Shown here: positions 11,801 through 24,193 of the stretch, in pieces | Layout: every line of letters begins with the position of its first letter | Position numbering within the stretch: position 1 is the stretch's first letter | Assembly: GCA_030390025.1 (NCBI GenBank) | Contig: CM059432.1 | Span: 53,198,001 to 53,262,000 of the forward strand | DNA from: Squalus acanthias | Taxonomy: Eukaryota | Length of the DNA stretch: 64,000 nt | Reading direction: 5' to 3' | Notes under the pieces: model-generated | What the model was told of the DNA's origin: nothing | The model's input: only the letters and a program-made list of their open reading frames with translations | Databases searched by the model: none | Translations under genes and position numbers: made by a program

Positions 11801-14800
11801 AAGAACATAAGAACAGAAGAATTAGGAGCAGGAGTAGGCCATATGGGCCCTCGAGCCTGCTCCCCCATTCGATAAGATCATGGCTGATCTTCGACCTCAA
11901 CTCCACTTTCCCGCCCGATCTCCATATCCCTTGATTCCCCTAGAGTTGAAAAATGTATCTATCTCAACCATGAATATACTCAACGACTGAGCATCCACAA
12001 ACCCTTGGGGTAGAGAATTCCAAAGATTCACAACCCTCTGACTGAACAAATTCCTCCTCATCTCAGTGTTAAATTGCCGACACCTTATGCTGAGACTATG
12101 CCCCCAAGTTCTAGACTCTCCAGCCGGGGAAACAACCTCTCAGCATCTACCCTGTCAATCCCCTTCAGAATCTTTTATGCTTCAATGAGATCTCCTCTCA
12201 TTCTTCTAAACTCCAGAGAGTATAGGCCCAATGCAGTCAATTTCTCCTCAAAGGACAACCCTCTCATCCCAGGGATCAATCTAGTGAACCTTCGTTGCAC
12301 CGCCTCTAAGGCAAGTATGTCCTTCCTCAGATAAGGAGACCAAAACTGTGCACAGTACTTGAGGTGTGGTCTCACAAAAGCCCTGTACAATTGTAGTAAG
12401 ACTTCCTTACTCTTACACTCCAACCCCCTTGCAATAAAGGACAACCTGCCATTAGCCTTCCTAATTGCTTACTGTACCTGCATGCTAATTTTCTATGTTT
12501 TTTGAACGAGGACACCAAAATCTCTCTGAACACCAACATTTAATTGTTTCTCACCATTTAAAAAATATTCATTTTTTCCTACTCTTCCTACCAAAGTGAA
12601 TAACCTCACATTTCCCTACATTATACTCCATCTGCCAGCTTATCGTCCACTCACTTAACCTGTCTATATCCCTTTGCAGGCTCTTTGTGTCCTCACAGCT
12701 TACTTTCCCACCTAGCTTTGTATCATCAGCAAACTTGGATACCTTGCACTTCTAGGTCCCTTCATCTAAGTCATTAATATAGATTGTAAATAACTGAGGC
12801 CCAAGCACTGATCCTTGCGGCACTCCACTAGTTACAGCCTGCCAACTGGAAAATGACCCGTTTATCCCTACTCTCTGTTTTCTGTCCATTAACCAATCCT
12901 CTATCCATGTTAATATATTAATCCCAACCCCATGAGCCCTTATCTTGCATAGCAACGTTTTATGTGGCACCTTATCGAATGCTTGTTGGAAACCCAAATA
13001 TACTACGTCCCTTTATCTCCCCTGCCAGTTACATCCTCAAAAAACTCAAATAAATTTGTTAAACATGATTTTCCTTTCATAAAACCATGTTGACTCTGCC
13101 TAATCATATTATGATTTTCTAAGTGCCCTGTTACTACTTCCTTAATAATGATTCCATCATTTTGCCGATGATTGATGTCAGGCTAACTGGCCTGTAGTTC
13201 CCTGTTTTCTCTCTCCCTCCTTCCTTGAATAGTGGGGCTACATTTGCTTCTTTCCAATCCACTGGGACCGTTCTAGAATCTAGGGCATTTTTGAAGATCA
13301 CAACCCAACTCACCCCTCATACCTATGTGATTGGCTTTATTCAAGTTTAAGACACTTGTTTCTAACCTAAGTATTTCACTCTGAAACTCAACATGAAATT
13401 CTATCATATTATGATCACTCTTCCCCAGAATATCCTTTGCTATGAGATTACTAATTAGCCCAGTCTCATTACACAATACAAGATCTAAAATTGTCTGTTC
13501 CCTGGTTGGTTCCATGACACATTATGCTAGGAAACTGTCTTGAATGCATTCCATGAACTTGTCCTCCAGACTACCTTTGCCAATTTGATTTGCTCCAGCC
13601 ACCTCTTTTAAAACACTTGGATGTCGGCCATCGGGTCCAGGGGATTTGTGAGCTTTTAGTCCCATTAGTTTCTCAAGTACTTTTTCTCTACTGATGTTAA
13701 TTACTTTAAGTTCCTCACTCTTATTAGCTCCTTGGTTCCCCACAATTTTTGGTATTTTTGTGTCTTCGACTGTTCCCCACTATTTTTGGTATTTTTATGT
13801 CTCCGACTGTGAAGACAGATACAAAATATTTGTTTAAAGTCTCTGCCATTTCCTTATTCCCCATCATAATTTCACCTGTCTCAGCCTCTAAGGGCCCAAC
13901 GTTTACTTTTGCTACTCTCTTCCTTTTTACATACTTGTAGAAGCTCTTACAATCTGTTTTTATTTTTCTTGCTAGTTTACTCTCATTTTATTTTCTCCCT
14001 TTTTATAAATTTTTCGTTCATCCTTTGCTGGTTTCTAAAGCTCTCCCAATCCTTAAGCTTACTATTATTCTTCACAACATTATAAGCCTCTTATTTTAAT
14101 CTAATACTATCCTTAACTTCTTTTGTTAGCTACGGATGGATCACTTTCCTGTGGATTTTTTATTTCTCAATGGAATGTAAATTCATTGAGAATTTTGGAA
14201 TATTTATTTAAATTTTTGCCACTGCTTATCTACCATCATAGCTTTTAATCTAATTTTGAATCTACCTTAGCCAACTCGCCCCTCATGCATATGTGATTGA
14301 CTTTATTTAAGTTTAAGGCTCTTGTTTCGAACTTAAGTATTTTACACTCAAACTCAATGTGAAATTTTATCTTATTATGATCACTCCTCCCCAGAGAATC
14401 CTTTGCTATGAAATTACTAATTAGCCCTGTCTCATTACACAATGCAAGATCTAAAATTGCCTGTTCCCTGGTTGGTTCCATGATGTATTGTTCTAGGAAA
14501 CTGCCTTGAATGCATTCCTCCAGACTACCTTTGCCAATTTGATTTGCCCAGTCTCTATGAAGATTAAAGTTCCCCATGATTATTGTATTACCTTTGTTAC
14601 AAGCTACTATTATTTGTTGATTAATACTCCGTCTAATGGTATAGCTACTGTTTGGGGTCCTATAAACTAGTCTCACCAGTGTTTTCTGCCCCATTTTATT
14701 TCTTATCTCTACCCATACTGATCCTACTTCCTGATCTTCCGAGCCAAGATCCTTTTTTATTACTGTCCTTATGTCATCCTTTATTATCAAGTCTACCCCT

Positions 14801-15852
14801 GTCCTTTTCCATTCTGCCTGTCTTTTTGAAAGGTCAAGTGCCCCAGTATATTTAATTCCCAACCTTGGTCACCTTGCAACCATGTCTCTGTAATGGCTAT
14901 TAGATCAAACCCATTTATTTCTATTTGTGCATCTAATTTGTCTATCTTGTTACGAATTCTTTGTGCATTCAGATAAAGAGACTTTAATTTTAACTTTTTA
15001 CCATTATTCCTTGCTTTCACCTTATTCGCTGATGCAGTATTACCATTAAACTCTCTGACCGTTCCTCTCACACTCCGCTTATCTTTACCCAAATTGCTAC
15101 ACTGCTCCATTGCTGTGACTTTTCTCTTTAGATTTTTAAATTTCCCCTCACCTGACCCCCTCCCCCCACTTTTTAGTTTAAAGCCCTATCTACAGCCCGA
15201 GTTATTTGATTCTCCAGGACACTGGTCCCAGCCCGTTTTAAGTGGAGCCCATCCCAGGGGAACAGCTCCTTCTTTCCCCGGTACTGGTGCCAGTGCCCCA
15301 TGAATCGAAACCCTTTCCTCCCACACCACTCTTTGAACCAAAAATTGAACTCTCCGATCTGTTTGGCCCTATACCGATTTGCGCATGGCTCAGGTAACAA
15401 TCCAGAGATTATTACCTTTGAGGTTCTGGTTTTTTACTTTGGACCCTAGCTCCTCAATATCCCTCAGCAGAACCTCATTCTTAATTCTACCTATGTTGTT
15501 GTTTCCTCCGTGGACCACGACAACTGGATCCTCGACCTCTCAGTCCAAATTCTTCATCAGCCGCACCGGGCAGGCAACACAGCCTGCGGAACTCCCGATC
15601 ATGGCTGCAGAGAACAGTATCTATCCCCCTGACTATATTGTCTCCTACCACTACAACATTGCTTTTCACTCCCCCCACTTGAATGACCTCCTGTACCATG
15701 ATGCCATGGTCAGTTTGCTCATCCACCCTGCAGACCTTGCCCTCATCCACACAGGCAGAATGAACCTCATACCTGTTGGATAAGGGCAAAGGCCGAGGCT
15801 CCTCCAGCACTGTAGCTGGGTCCCCTTACCTGCCTGAGTTGCCGTCACACCC
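11801..15852 (-). mobile_element. CR1 LINE, 5'-truncated within ORF1, degraded
   Basis: Tail aagaacataagaac at 11801. RT, EN and SGNH (VVGDNIVRG, DGLHL) fragments in ORFs from 12175 to 15810. Confidence 0.92.
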
Positions 15853-15896
15853 TCCTATATATCTTTGTTTTATTTATTTAGTTAATTAAAGTTTAT

Positions 15897-16243
15897 GGGG
15901 GGAAAATTTGTGCGCACCAACAAAATTGCCGGTGTCACAGGCAACTCGAGTTAACGGCCGCCGAAAATGGCCGCAGCGCTAACGTTGAAAAATTGGCTCT
16001 GGAGGTTGGCGATGTGGAGAGCAGCGCTAATTTACCGTGCAACGCTGTCCTGCTGGCATTAATGGACGCCTCCGACCCGAAGCTCCCGTCCAGTGTCAGC
16101 GTTGCTGCTTCTTACAGCCTCTGGGAGCGAGGCTGTGGAGTTCGCAAGGCATTGTGGGCAATTAAAGGGGCTGTGAATTAAAGAGGCAATGCATTCAAAA
16201 CTAATAAAAATTAAAATCAAGTGAAAAAATTCATTTTCAGCCC
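15897..16243. mobile_element. Harbinger-type terminal/MITE fragment
   Basis: GGGGGGAAAATT start and CpG-rich subterminal sequence resembling 48409 and 54955. No TSD found. Confidence 0.4.
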
Positions 16244-16261
16244 TTGACTGGACCAACCACA

Positions 16262-16948
16262 TAAATACTGTGGCTACAAGAGCAAGTCAGAGGCTGTGTA
16301 TTTTGCCACGAGTGTCTCACCTCCTGACTCCCCAAAAGCTTTCCACCACCTACATGGCACAGTCAGCAGTGTGATAGAATGCTCTCCATTTTCCTGGATG
16401 AGTGCAGCTCCAACAACACTCAAGAAGCTAGACACCATCCAGAACAAATCAGTCTGCTTGATTGGCACCTCATCCATCACCTTAAACATTCACTCCCTCC
16501 GCTACTGGCGCACCGTGGCTGCAGTGTGTACCATCTACAAGATGCACTGCATCAACTCGCCAAGGCTTCTTCGACAGCACCTCTCAAACCCGCGACCTCT
16601 ACCACCTAGAAGGACAAGGGCAGCAGGTGCCTGGGAACACCATCACCTTCAAGTTCCCCTCCAAGTCACACACCATCCTGACTTGGACATATATCACCAT
16701 TCCTTCATTGTATCTGGGTAAAAATGCTGGAACTCCCTACTTAGTAGCACTGTGGGAGTATCTTCACCACACGGATGGGAAGTGGTTCAAGAAGACGGTT
16801 CACCACCACCTTCTCAAAGGCAACTATAGATGGGTAATAAATGCTGGCATTGCCAGCAACACTCACATCCCCAGCAACACTCACATCCCCAGCAACACTC
16901 AAATCCCCAGCAACATTCACATCCCATGAATGAATAAATAAAAAAAAC
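16262..16948 (+). mobile_element. 3' fragment of a CR1-superfamily LINE of a different clade
   Basis: C-terminal RT-like ORF (TTLKKLDTIQNKSVCLIG, WRTVAAVCTIYKMHC). Ends ataaatgctggc...catcccatgaatgaataaataaaa. Clade uncertain. Confidence 0.7.
16853..16926 (+). repeat. 18-bp tandem repeat x4 (cagcaacactcacatccc) in LINE 3'UTR
   Basis: Directly visible in sequence. Confidence 0.9.
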
Positions 16949-16951
16949 ATA

Positions 16952-17400
16952 GGGCTGGATTTTCATAGGGCCGTGGAGACGGGTTTGGAGGCGTGTGGGG
17001 GGTTAAAATTGCGAAAAGTGGCGTGCAGACCTAATCCCACCTACATTCCGCCTCCACGCAATTTTGATAAAATCGTGTGCGGTGTTCCCGACTCCGTCCC
17101 GCCTCCAAGAGGTGGGAGAGGCCATTAAAGCCCTTAACAAGCCCTAAATTGGCTCTGTAATGCCATTTTAAAATGTTTTAGCTAGTTTAACCCTTTTCCG
17201 ACGTGAAGCACGCCTGATGTGAAACACGCCAGTGAAACCTGGCGGGAGCACAAGTGGATAGCTGACTATCAGCTGCAGGTCCACTATTACAACGGAGATG
17301 TGATGAAGGTAGTAGTAGTATTAGGTCTGAAAGTCGCCTCTGATGCTGCTGCATTGAATGCCTGGCCTTTGCTGTGAGAGGACCTGGATGCAAAAAAAAT

Positions 17401-17437
<37 letters not shown>

Positions 17438-17698
17438 CTGCTCATTTTGCATCCAGGTCCACTCACAGCAAAGGCCAGGCAGTCTCTGAAGACCTTCAAT
17501 GCAGCAGCAATGATGACATCATCAGAGGTGACTTTCAGACTGAAAACACTAATTGGTTCATGGGTTCCCACATGCTGGAACTCAATTGCCCAATTAGGTG
17601 AAAATTGCATCAATCTCCCACATCCAATTGCAGTCGGGTGGATAACACGAAATGCGGATGACACGACCCCAACCCACCCCAGTATCAAAATCCAGCCC
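16952..17698 (+). mobile_element. Harbinger-type MITE family M1, copy 1
   Basis: TIR GGGCTGGATTTT/AAAATCCAGCCC. 3-bp TSD ATA. Internal inverted repeat around (CT)n. Confidence 0.92.
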
Positions 17699-18244
17699 AT
17701 AGTCTGTAGTATAGCACGCAAATCCATCATAAAGGTGCAAATATTGTTAGTGATCTCCTCCAGTTAAGCCACCATAAGTTGGACAATCTGAGACATCATC
17801 CCTAGTACCTGTGAATATGTGCGATGCTGTACAAGATTCCTTCTTGTAACTGCAGGATCAATGAGAGCTGGCTTCTGAGGCTCTTCAGCCAAGGGCAAAT
17901 ATCTTCTGACGCTCCAATCTGTAACAACTGCTTTCTCATCTTCCATTTTCAGCTCTTCTGGGCCATTTGTGCTCAGGGCATCACCCTGTGAACTTCCCTC
18001 AGGCTTATTAACTACACTTCCCTGGGCGGGTGGATTTGGGCTGGTGCTTGTGGCGGTGAGGGGGGGGGTGGGGTGAGGGAGGGAGTGAAGAGGGACTGGG
18101 CATTACTGAAGCAGAGAGACCATAGTCCTCCTGCTGTCCTTCTTCTTGTTGCTGTGGAGGACAGAAAAAGAAGAGGCCAACTTCATTAAAAGAGGAGCAC
18201 AATGGCCATATGTCTTTCAGAACAAAGTTTGAGCTTAAGCATAT

Positions 18245-18307
18245 TGGCGCAGACTTGATGGGCCGAATGGCCTCCTTCTGTGCTTTACTATTCTATGATT
18301 CTATGAT
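18245..18307 (+). mobile_element. Tiny CR1-type 3' end
   Basis: gatgggccgaatggcctccttctgtgc...ttctatgattctatga tail. Confidence 0.7.
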
Positions 18308-18744
18308 AAGCATTCACCATGTATTGTGATAACAGGTAACGGATGTGCTTCAAGATCTGAAAATAAATGAGGAGATGAATTTTATACCCAATCTGCAGTT
18401 GACACCTCTACTCCTACTTCTCCATCTCCCACAGCATCTATTGCAACTCCTCCCAAGATTTCCTTGTACGGGGTGAGAGGCTAGAGACTTGGGGTTCCAT
18501 TAACTGTGGCTTCTCTCTGGCATTGGTGATCGGCGATTTTATCTTTTAAGAAGAAAGCAGAAGTGTGAAGGTCCTCTGCTTACCAGAATGTGGAATGCAA
18601 CCCAGGTGTAAGCATTCCTTAATAGGGTGGTAACACTTTCAGAAAATAAGGAGCTACATATCTGAATACCTGAAAGAAGGAACACTTGCCGGGGAAGGCA
18701 GAGAATGTGAATGGTATCATGGTACCTTGCAGACATTTCAAGTA

Positions 18745-18778
18745 GCCACCCCAGTCCAACACCGGCATCTCCGCATCA
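18745..18778 (+). mobile_element. Ultra-short Penelope-like family A 3'-tail insertion
   Basis: ccaccccagtccaacaccggcatctccgcatca is identical to the 3' ends at 23891-23923 and 63356-63388. Flanked by direct repeat (a)catttcaagta. Confidence 0.85.
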
Positions 18779-20029
18779 CATTTCAAGTAAGTAGTAATGG
18801 TGTTCAACACAGGAGGAGGAAGGCATGTGGATATGTGAAACATCTTTATCACATTGCATTGGTACAAGGTATGATCTTCTCCTGCTATCTTGGCTAGCCT
18901 GATAAGATCATTGAACTGCTTCAGGCACTGAATTGCCATGTGTAGATTGGTGGAGGTGACAGTAAGTGATCTGTAATACTTTTTTCTGTTGGACCCATTC
19001 CCTCAGTTCCCAAAGATTGTCTGCCTCTGTTCCCTTTTTTTGGGCCAGCAAAACATCTACGGAGGACTATAAATACTTGGAGCTGCTGTCCCCTGCTGTG
19101 GCACCTTCAAACATGCTTCTTCTGGTTTTGTTAGCTGTTGCTGCCAGTTTTGAGATTGCTGGTCTTTCTTTTTAAGTAGCTGCAGCAGATTAAATGCTGC
19201 AGCAGCATTGGTTCCCCCCCCAGAGACAAGCTCCCAATAGAGACTACATAATAATACTGGTTGCCCATCCTAAATATGATAATAAACCTGAGAAAGGAAA
19301 ATATAATCGGGTCAGAGCAGAGTGACACTAGAGGGTGGAATTCCCGCCCTGACACACTTTTGCATGGAACACCACCATGGAGGAAAATGTAGACGACAGA
19401 GTAGGATTGGACTTAAGTCAATGATTAATGAGACAACATGGTGTAGGGGAAGACACTGTAGTCTGCACAGTTGTTGTTAATGTAAGATCAAATTGCTGTT
19501 CTAACCATCTTCAGCTTTTGGCAAAATAGAGTTGATTTAATCAGATTTCCACTAAATGAGAAGTATTGGTACTGAAATATGGAATATTTACTGATTGTAT
19601 TATATAATTACCTAGAGATACTCACGTGGACAATTTGGAATAGTTGAATGCTGCTAATCAGTATAATACAGTATATTGCCACATTGTTCTAAGACATTTC
19701 TCAAAAACTGTTCATGAAATCATTGTTTCCCATTGTCTTAAACACTTCCATTAAACAAAATGTTTATCACTTTCTCCCCTTCTCTTGGATTAACTCTAGT
19801 CTCAAAGGATGCAGCAGGTTTGGTTGCCAGTGGCCACATCTGTAGATAATTACTTCAGAATTTACTTTTTAATGACTATTCAGAGAACAAAGTGTTCTAT
19901 GGAATTATCATCACTGAAATAATGAAGATCTGAAGAAATAAATCTGGTTAGAGATTTCTCTCCTTGAATAAATTAAATTGTATTAGTTACTATTCCTAAA
20001 ATTAACTTTGGCTTCAGATTCCAGTATAC

Positions 20030-20300
20030 AGCAACAACAGAAACATCTTGCACTGATACAGCTCTTTTAATGTAGCAAAACATCCCAAGGTGCTTCCCAA
20101 AGGGGTGGCAGGGTAGACATTGAGCAGGAAGTGACTAAAGGCATGGTTGAAGAGCTATGTTTTGAGGAGGTTTTGTAGCTTGAGAGGGATGTAGCTAGGT
20201 GGAGGGACTTAGGAAGAGAATTCCAAAGTGCAGGGCTATGATGGCTCCAGGATCTGGCACCAATGGTGGAAAGGAGGGAGGTGGGATGGACAATAAACTA
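20030..20300 (-). mobile_element. Old L2 LINE 3' fragment
   Basis: Degenerate match to the L2 end at 23431-23700 (aaaacatcccaaggtgcttc, gaattccaaag, caccaatggtgga). Confidence 0.6.
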
Positions 20301-21129
20301 GAGTTGAAAGGCTGCACATGTACAGGTGAATTCAGGTTAGGTTAGGTGGAGTGCACTTTGAGTTGTGACAGAAAGAGGAACATCTGTCCAATTAGGTCCG
20401 ATGATTGAGTTTCTTGGTTTACTAATTAATTAAATGAGCTGATCCCACAAAATTGGGCACAGTCATTTCAGTGTTCTGTGATTTTGCTGGTGTCACAAAA
20501 TTGGTGCTTTTATTTCAACTTTGTCCAGAGAATTTAGTACTGCTGGGGTGGAATTATGCAAGAAAAGATCAAAGAATGGGCATGCAAGGTAGTTGAGATA
20601 TTGCAGAGGTCAATGTTAGCGATGGGTATATTGGGGCATTGTATTGTGCAGATATGGACAGGACTGTTAGTGAATTGGAAGAATCAGGCACTTAGCTCAA
20701 GGTCCAATCTTTGAGAACCTGGCAAATGATTCTTCCTGGCTGCAAAGGTATTTCAGCAGGACTACCTTCTGGGCTACTGCCAGTGTCATTGGGCCTACTT
20801 TTCCACCTGCTTCACGGTAAAGTGTCTCTTGATGGCAAAGTTGTGCAACATGCAGCAATGATAATCTTGTAAACCCTGTACTGCAATACACCTCTTCACC
20901 TGTCCGAGCATCTAAAGTACTGCTTCAAGATGCTTATAGTACGATCATTATTGAATCTGCTTTCACCTGTGTTGTGGCTGTGGAAACAGGGTCACGAGCC
21001 AGGGCTGAAGCAGTTACCCTTGGCCACCTATCAGCCATCCTTCCAGTTTCCATAACCCAGGCACAGTGATTGTCTTAAAATAACTGAATTATGACTAGTG
21101 CTTAGGAAAACAAAATTGACTTACATTAT

Positions 21130-21370
21130 CTTGTGGCCTTTCATTCTGCTTCTGGTTTTCCATCGGGAAACTAATGAATGAGTCTGCCCTGATGAACAAA
21201 GTAACTTGCTTCATACATCAGTGCACTGCAGATTGATTGATATTGTAAATTTCCCCAGATGTCTCTTGGATAGATTTGGTGATGACATTCACTGCCACAG
21301 GCACTGCCATCCTTGGGAATTATGTTTTCTGCAGGATATAGCATAAATCAGTTAATGCCTCCCAGTGAAG
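21130..21370 (-). pseudogene. Harbinger transposase remnant
   Basis: Minus strand gives AVPVAVNV and NQSAVH..MKQVT...RADSFISFP, similar to the N-terminal half of the 39350 ORF. Confidence 0.5.
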
Positions 21371-21625
21371 TGGAGCTTGGTGGGGTTCACAACTGTTACT
21401 TCTGGCTCGTATTGGAATTACAGTGGGAGTACACCAGAATGCCTGAGCAATTTGGGGACCAGACTGACTGGCAGATTGCAATATATGTTTCTTCCCAATG
21501 TGTTTCTGTTTGGGTGGCTGAGAAACCCCAAGTTGCAGGGCCTAGGGTTACAGGCCCCAACATTGCTCACTCCAACTCCAGCAAGCATCAGCAAAGGAAT
21601 ATCCATTCTGGAGAAACACATAGTA

Positions 21626-21838
21626 GATGAAATTTATCCTGGGTGGTAGCGCAAAATGGGCGACAGCGAATCAGCCGCGTATTTTACACAGATTTTCATT
21701 TCCATTGACTTTAATATCAAACAACGTGGTCCTATTAAATGCAGTGCATCCAGAATGGAATCAACGTACATTAAACAATGCAATGGTCATGGTTGGTATC
21801 AGCCCATTTTGCGCTGCAGCCCAAGACAAATTTCTCCT
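21626..21838. mobile_element. Short MITE with ~35-bp imperfect TIRs
   Basis: gaaatttatcctgggtggtagcgcaaaatgggc versus the reverse complement of gcccattttgcgctgcagcccaagacaaatttc. Confidence 0.7.
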
Positions 21839-22054
21839 CATATAGTTGGCATTAGAGCGCGGAGCACAGGGTGAAACACACAGTCCAAGTGAGGAAGACC
21901 AAGTGTATGTAACAACAGAATAGGAAGAAGGTCCACTTCAGGCCATCCTTAGATATTGAGTTCTGGAATTAATGGCACCTAGGACCTGCCTCTTAAAGAA
22001 CGATACTTGCTAAGCATCATTAATGCATTGAGTCCTTTGAAATAGTAAAAGGGT

Positions 22055-23430
22055 AGTCAAAGGAAGGAACAAAAAGGAGATCTTCTTATGGAGGCAGAGG
22101 GCATGGCTGAGGTACTAAATGAGTACTTTGCATCTGTCTTCACTAGAGAAGAGCATGCTGCCAATGTAGCAGTAAAGGAGGAGGCAGTAGTGATATTGGA
22201 TAGGATAAAAATAGAAAAAGAGGAGGTCCTTAATAGGTTGGCAGGCCTTAAAGTAGAAAAGTCACCCGGTCCGGATGGGATGCATCCTAGGTTACTGAGG
22301 GAAGTAAGGGTGGAAATTGTGGAGGCTCTGGCCACAATCTTCCAATCTTTCGTGAATATGGGGATGGTACTAGAGGACTGGAGGATTGCAAATGTTACAC
22401 CCCTGTTTAAAAAATGGGAGAGGGATAAACCCGGCAACTGCAAGCCAGTCAGCCTAATGTCGGTGGTGGGAAACTTTTAGAGATATAAACCGGGACAAAA
22501 TTAATTGGCATTTGGAAAAGTATGAACTAATAAGTGAAAGTCAGTATGGATTTGTTAAAGGCAAATCGTGTTTGACTAATTTGATTGAGTTCTTTGATGA
22601 AGTAATGGAGAGGGTTGATGAAGGTAGTGCGGTTGATGTTGTGTATATGGAATTTCAAAAGGCATTTGATAAAGTACCACATAATAGACTTGTTAGCAAA
22701 ATTAAAGCCCATGGGATTAAAGGGGCAGTGGCTACATGGATACAAAATTGGCTAAGGGACAGAAAGCAGTGTAGTGGTGAACAGTTGTATTTCAGATTGG
22801 AGGGAGGTATACAGTGGTGTCCCCCAGGGGTCAGTATTAGGACCACCCCTCTTTTTGATATATATTAATGACCTGGAATTGGGTATACAGGGCATAATTT
22901 CAAAGTTTGCAGATGATACAAAATTTGGAAATATAGTAATCAATGAGGAGGATAGTAGCAGACTTCAGGAGGACATGTATAGACTGTTAAAATGGGCAGA
23001 TACTTGGCAGATGAAATGTAACACAGATAAATGTGAAGTGATACATTTTGGTAGGAAGAATGAGGAGAGGCAGTATAAATGAAATGGTACAACTTTAAAA
23101 GGGGTGTAGGAATAGAGAGAGCTGGGCGTGTGTGTATAAAAATCTTTGAAGGTGGCAGGACAAGTTGAGAAGACTGTTAAAAATGCATATGGGATCCTTG
23201 GCTTTATTAATAGAGGCATAGAGTACAAAAACAAGGAAGTTATGCTAAGCCTTTATAAAACACTGGTTAGGCCTCAGCTGGAGTATTATGTTCAATTCTG
23301 GGCACCACACTTTTGGAAAGATGTCAAAGCCTTGGAAAGGGTGCAGAAGAGATTTACTAGAATTGTACCAGGGATGAAGGACTTCAGTTATGTGGAGAGA
23401 CTGGAGAAGCTGGGGTTGTTCTCCTTAAAG
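22055..23430 (+). mobile_element. CR1 LINE RT fragment, frameshifted
   Basis: ORFs 22088-23463 carry GPDG, QYGF, QKAFDK, QGSVLGP, FADDTK and RPQLEY. Cut at the 3' side by an L2. Confidence 0.92.
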
Positions 23431-23708
23431 CAACAACAACAACAACAACTTGTATTTATATAGCGCCTTTAACGTAGTAAAACGTCCCAAGGCACTTCAC
23501 TGGAGTATTATAAGACGAAAAATTTGACACCGAGCCACAGAAGGAGAAATTAGGGCAGGTGACCAAAAGCTTGGTCAAAGAGGTAGGTTTTAAGGAGCAT
23601 CTTAAAGGAGGAAAGAGAGGTAGCGAGGCGGAGAGGTTTAGGCAGGGAATTCCAGAGCTTAGGGCCTAGGCAACAGAAGGCACGGCCACCAATGGTTGAG
23701 TGATTATA

Positions 23709-23923
23709 TTGAGAGGTCGCACAACACCAGGTTATAGTCCAACAGTTTTATTTGAAATCACAAGCTTTCGGAGCTATCGATTTGCTCCTTCCTCAGGTGA
23801 GGAAGGAGCAAATCGATAGCTCCGAAAGCTTGTGATTTCAAATAAAACTGTTGGACTATAACCTGGTGTTGTGCGACCTCTCAATTTTGTCCACCCCAGT
23901 CCAACACCGGCATCTCCGCATCA
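23709..23923 (+). mobile_element. Penelope-like family A palindromic insert, copy 1
   Basis: Perfect 88-bp inverted arms (23708-23795 and 23798-23885) plus 3' tail. 12-bp TSD tgagtgattata (23697-23708 and 23924-23935). Confidence 0.9.
23758..23800 (-). ncRNA. Predicted minimal type-I hammerhead ribozyme
   Basis: UCAC-CUGAGGA-A-GGAGC(loop)GCUCC-GAAA-G-CUU^-GUGA: core boxes, 5-bp stem II, 4-bp stem I, palindromic AAGCUU stem III. Confidence 0.7.
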
Positions 23924-24193
23924 TGAGTGATTATAATCAGTGATGCTCAAGAGGGCAGAATTAGAGGAGCGCAGATATCTCAGGGGGTTGTGGGTCTGGA
24001 GGCGATTACAGAGATAGGGAGGGGCGAGGTCATGGAGGGATTTGAAAACAAGGATGAGAATTTTGAAATCGAAGCGTTGCTTAACTGGGAGCAAATGTAC
24101 GTCTGCGAGCACAGGGGTGATGGGCGAACGGGACTTAGTGCGAGTTAGGACATGGGCCGCCGAGTTTTGGATGACCTCAAGTTTATGTAGGGT

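Noticed and set aside
17287..17767. Recurrent ORFs of roughly 105-150 aa, also at 25404 and 43357
   Set aside because: They recur only because they lie in MITE M1 copies; no known domain, and they run through microsatellites.
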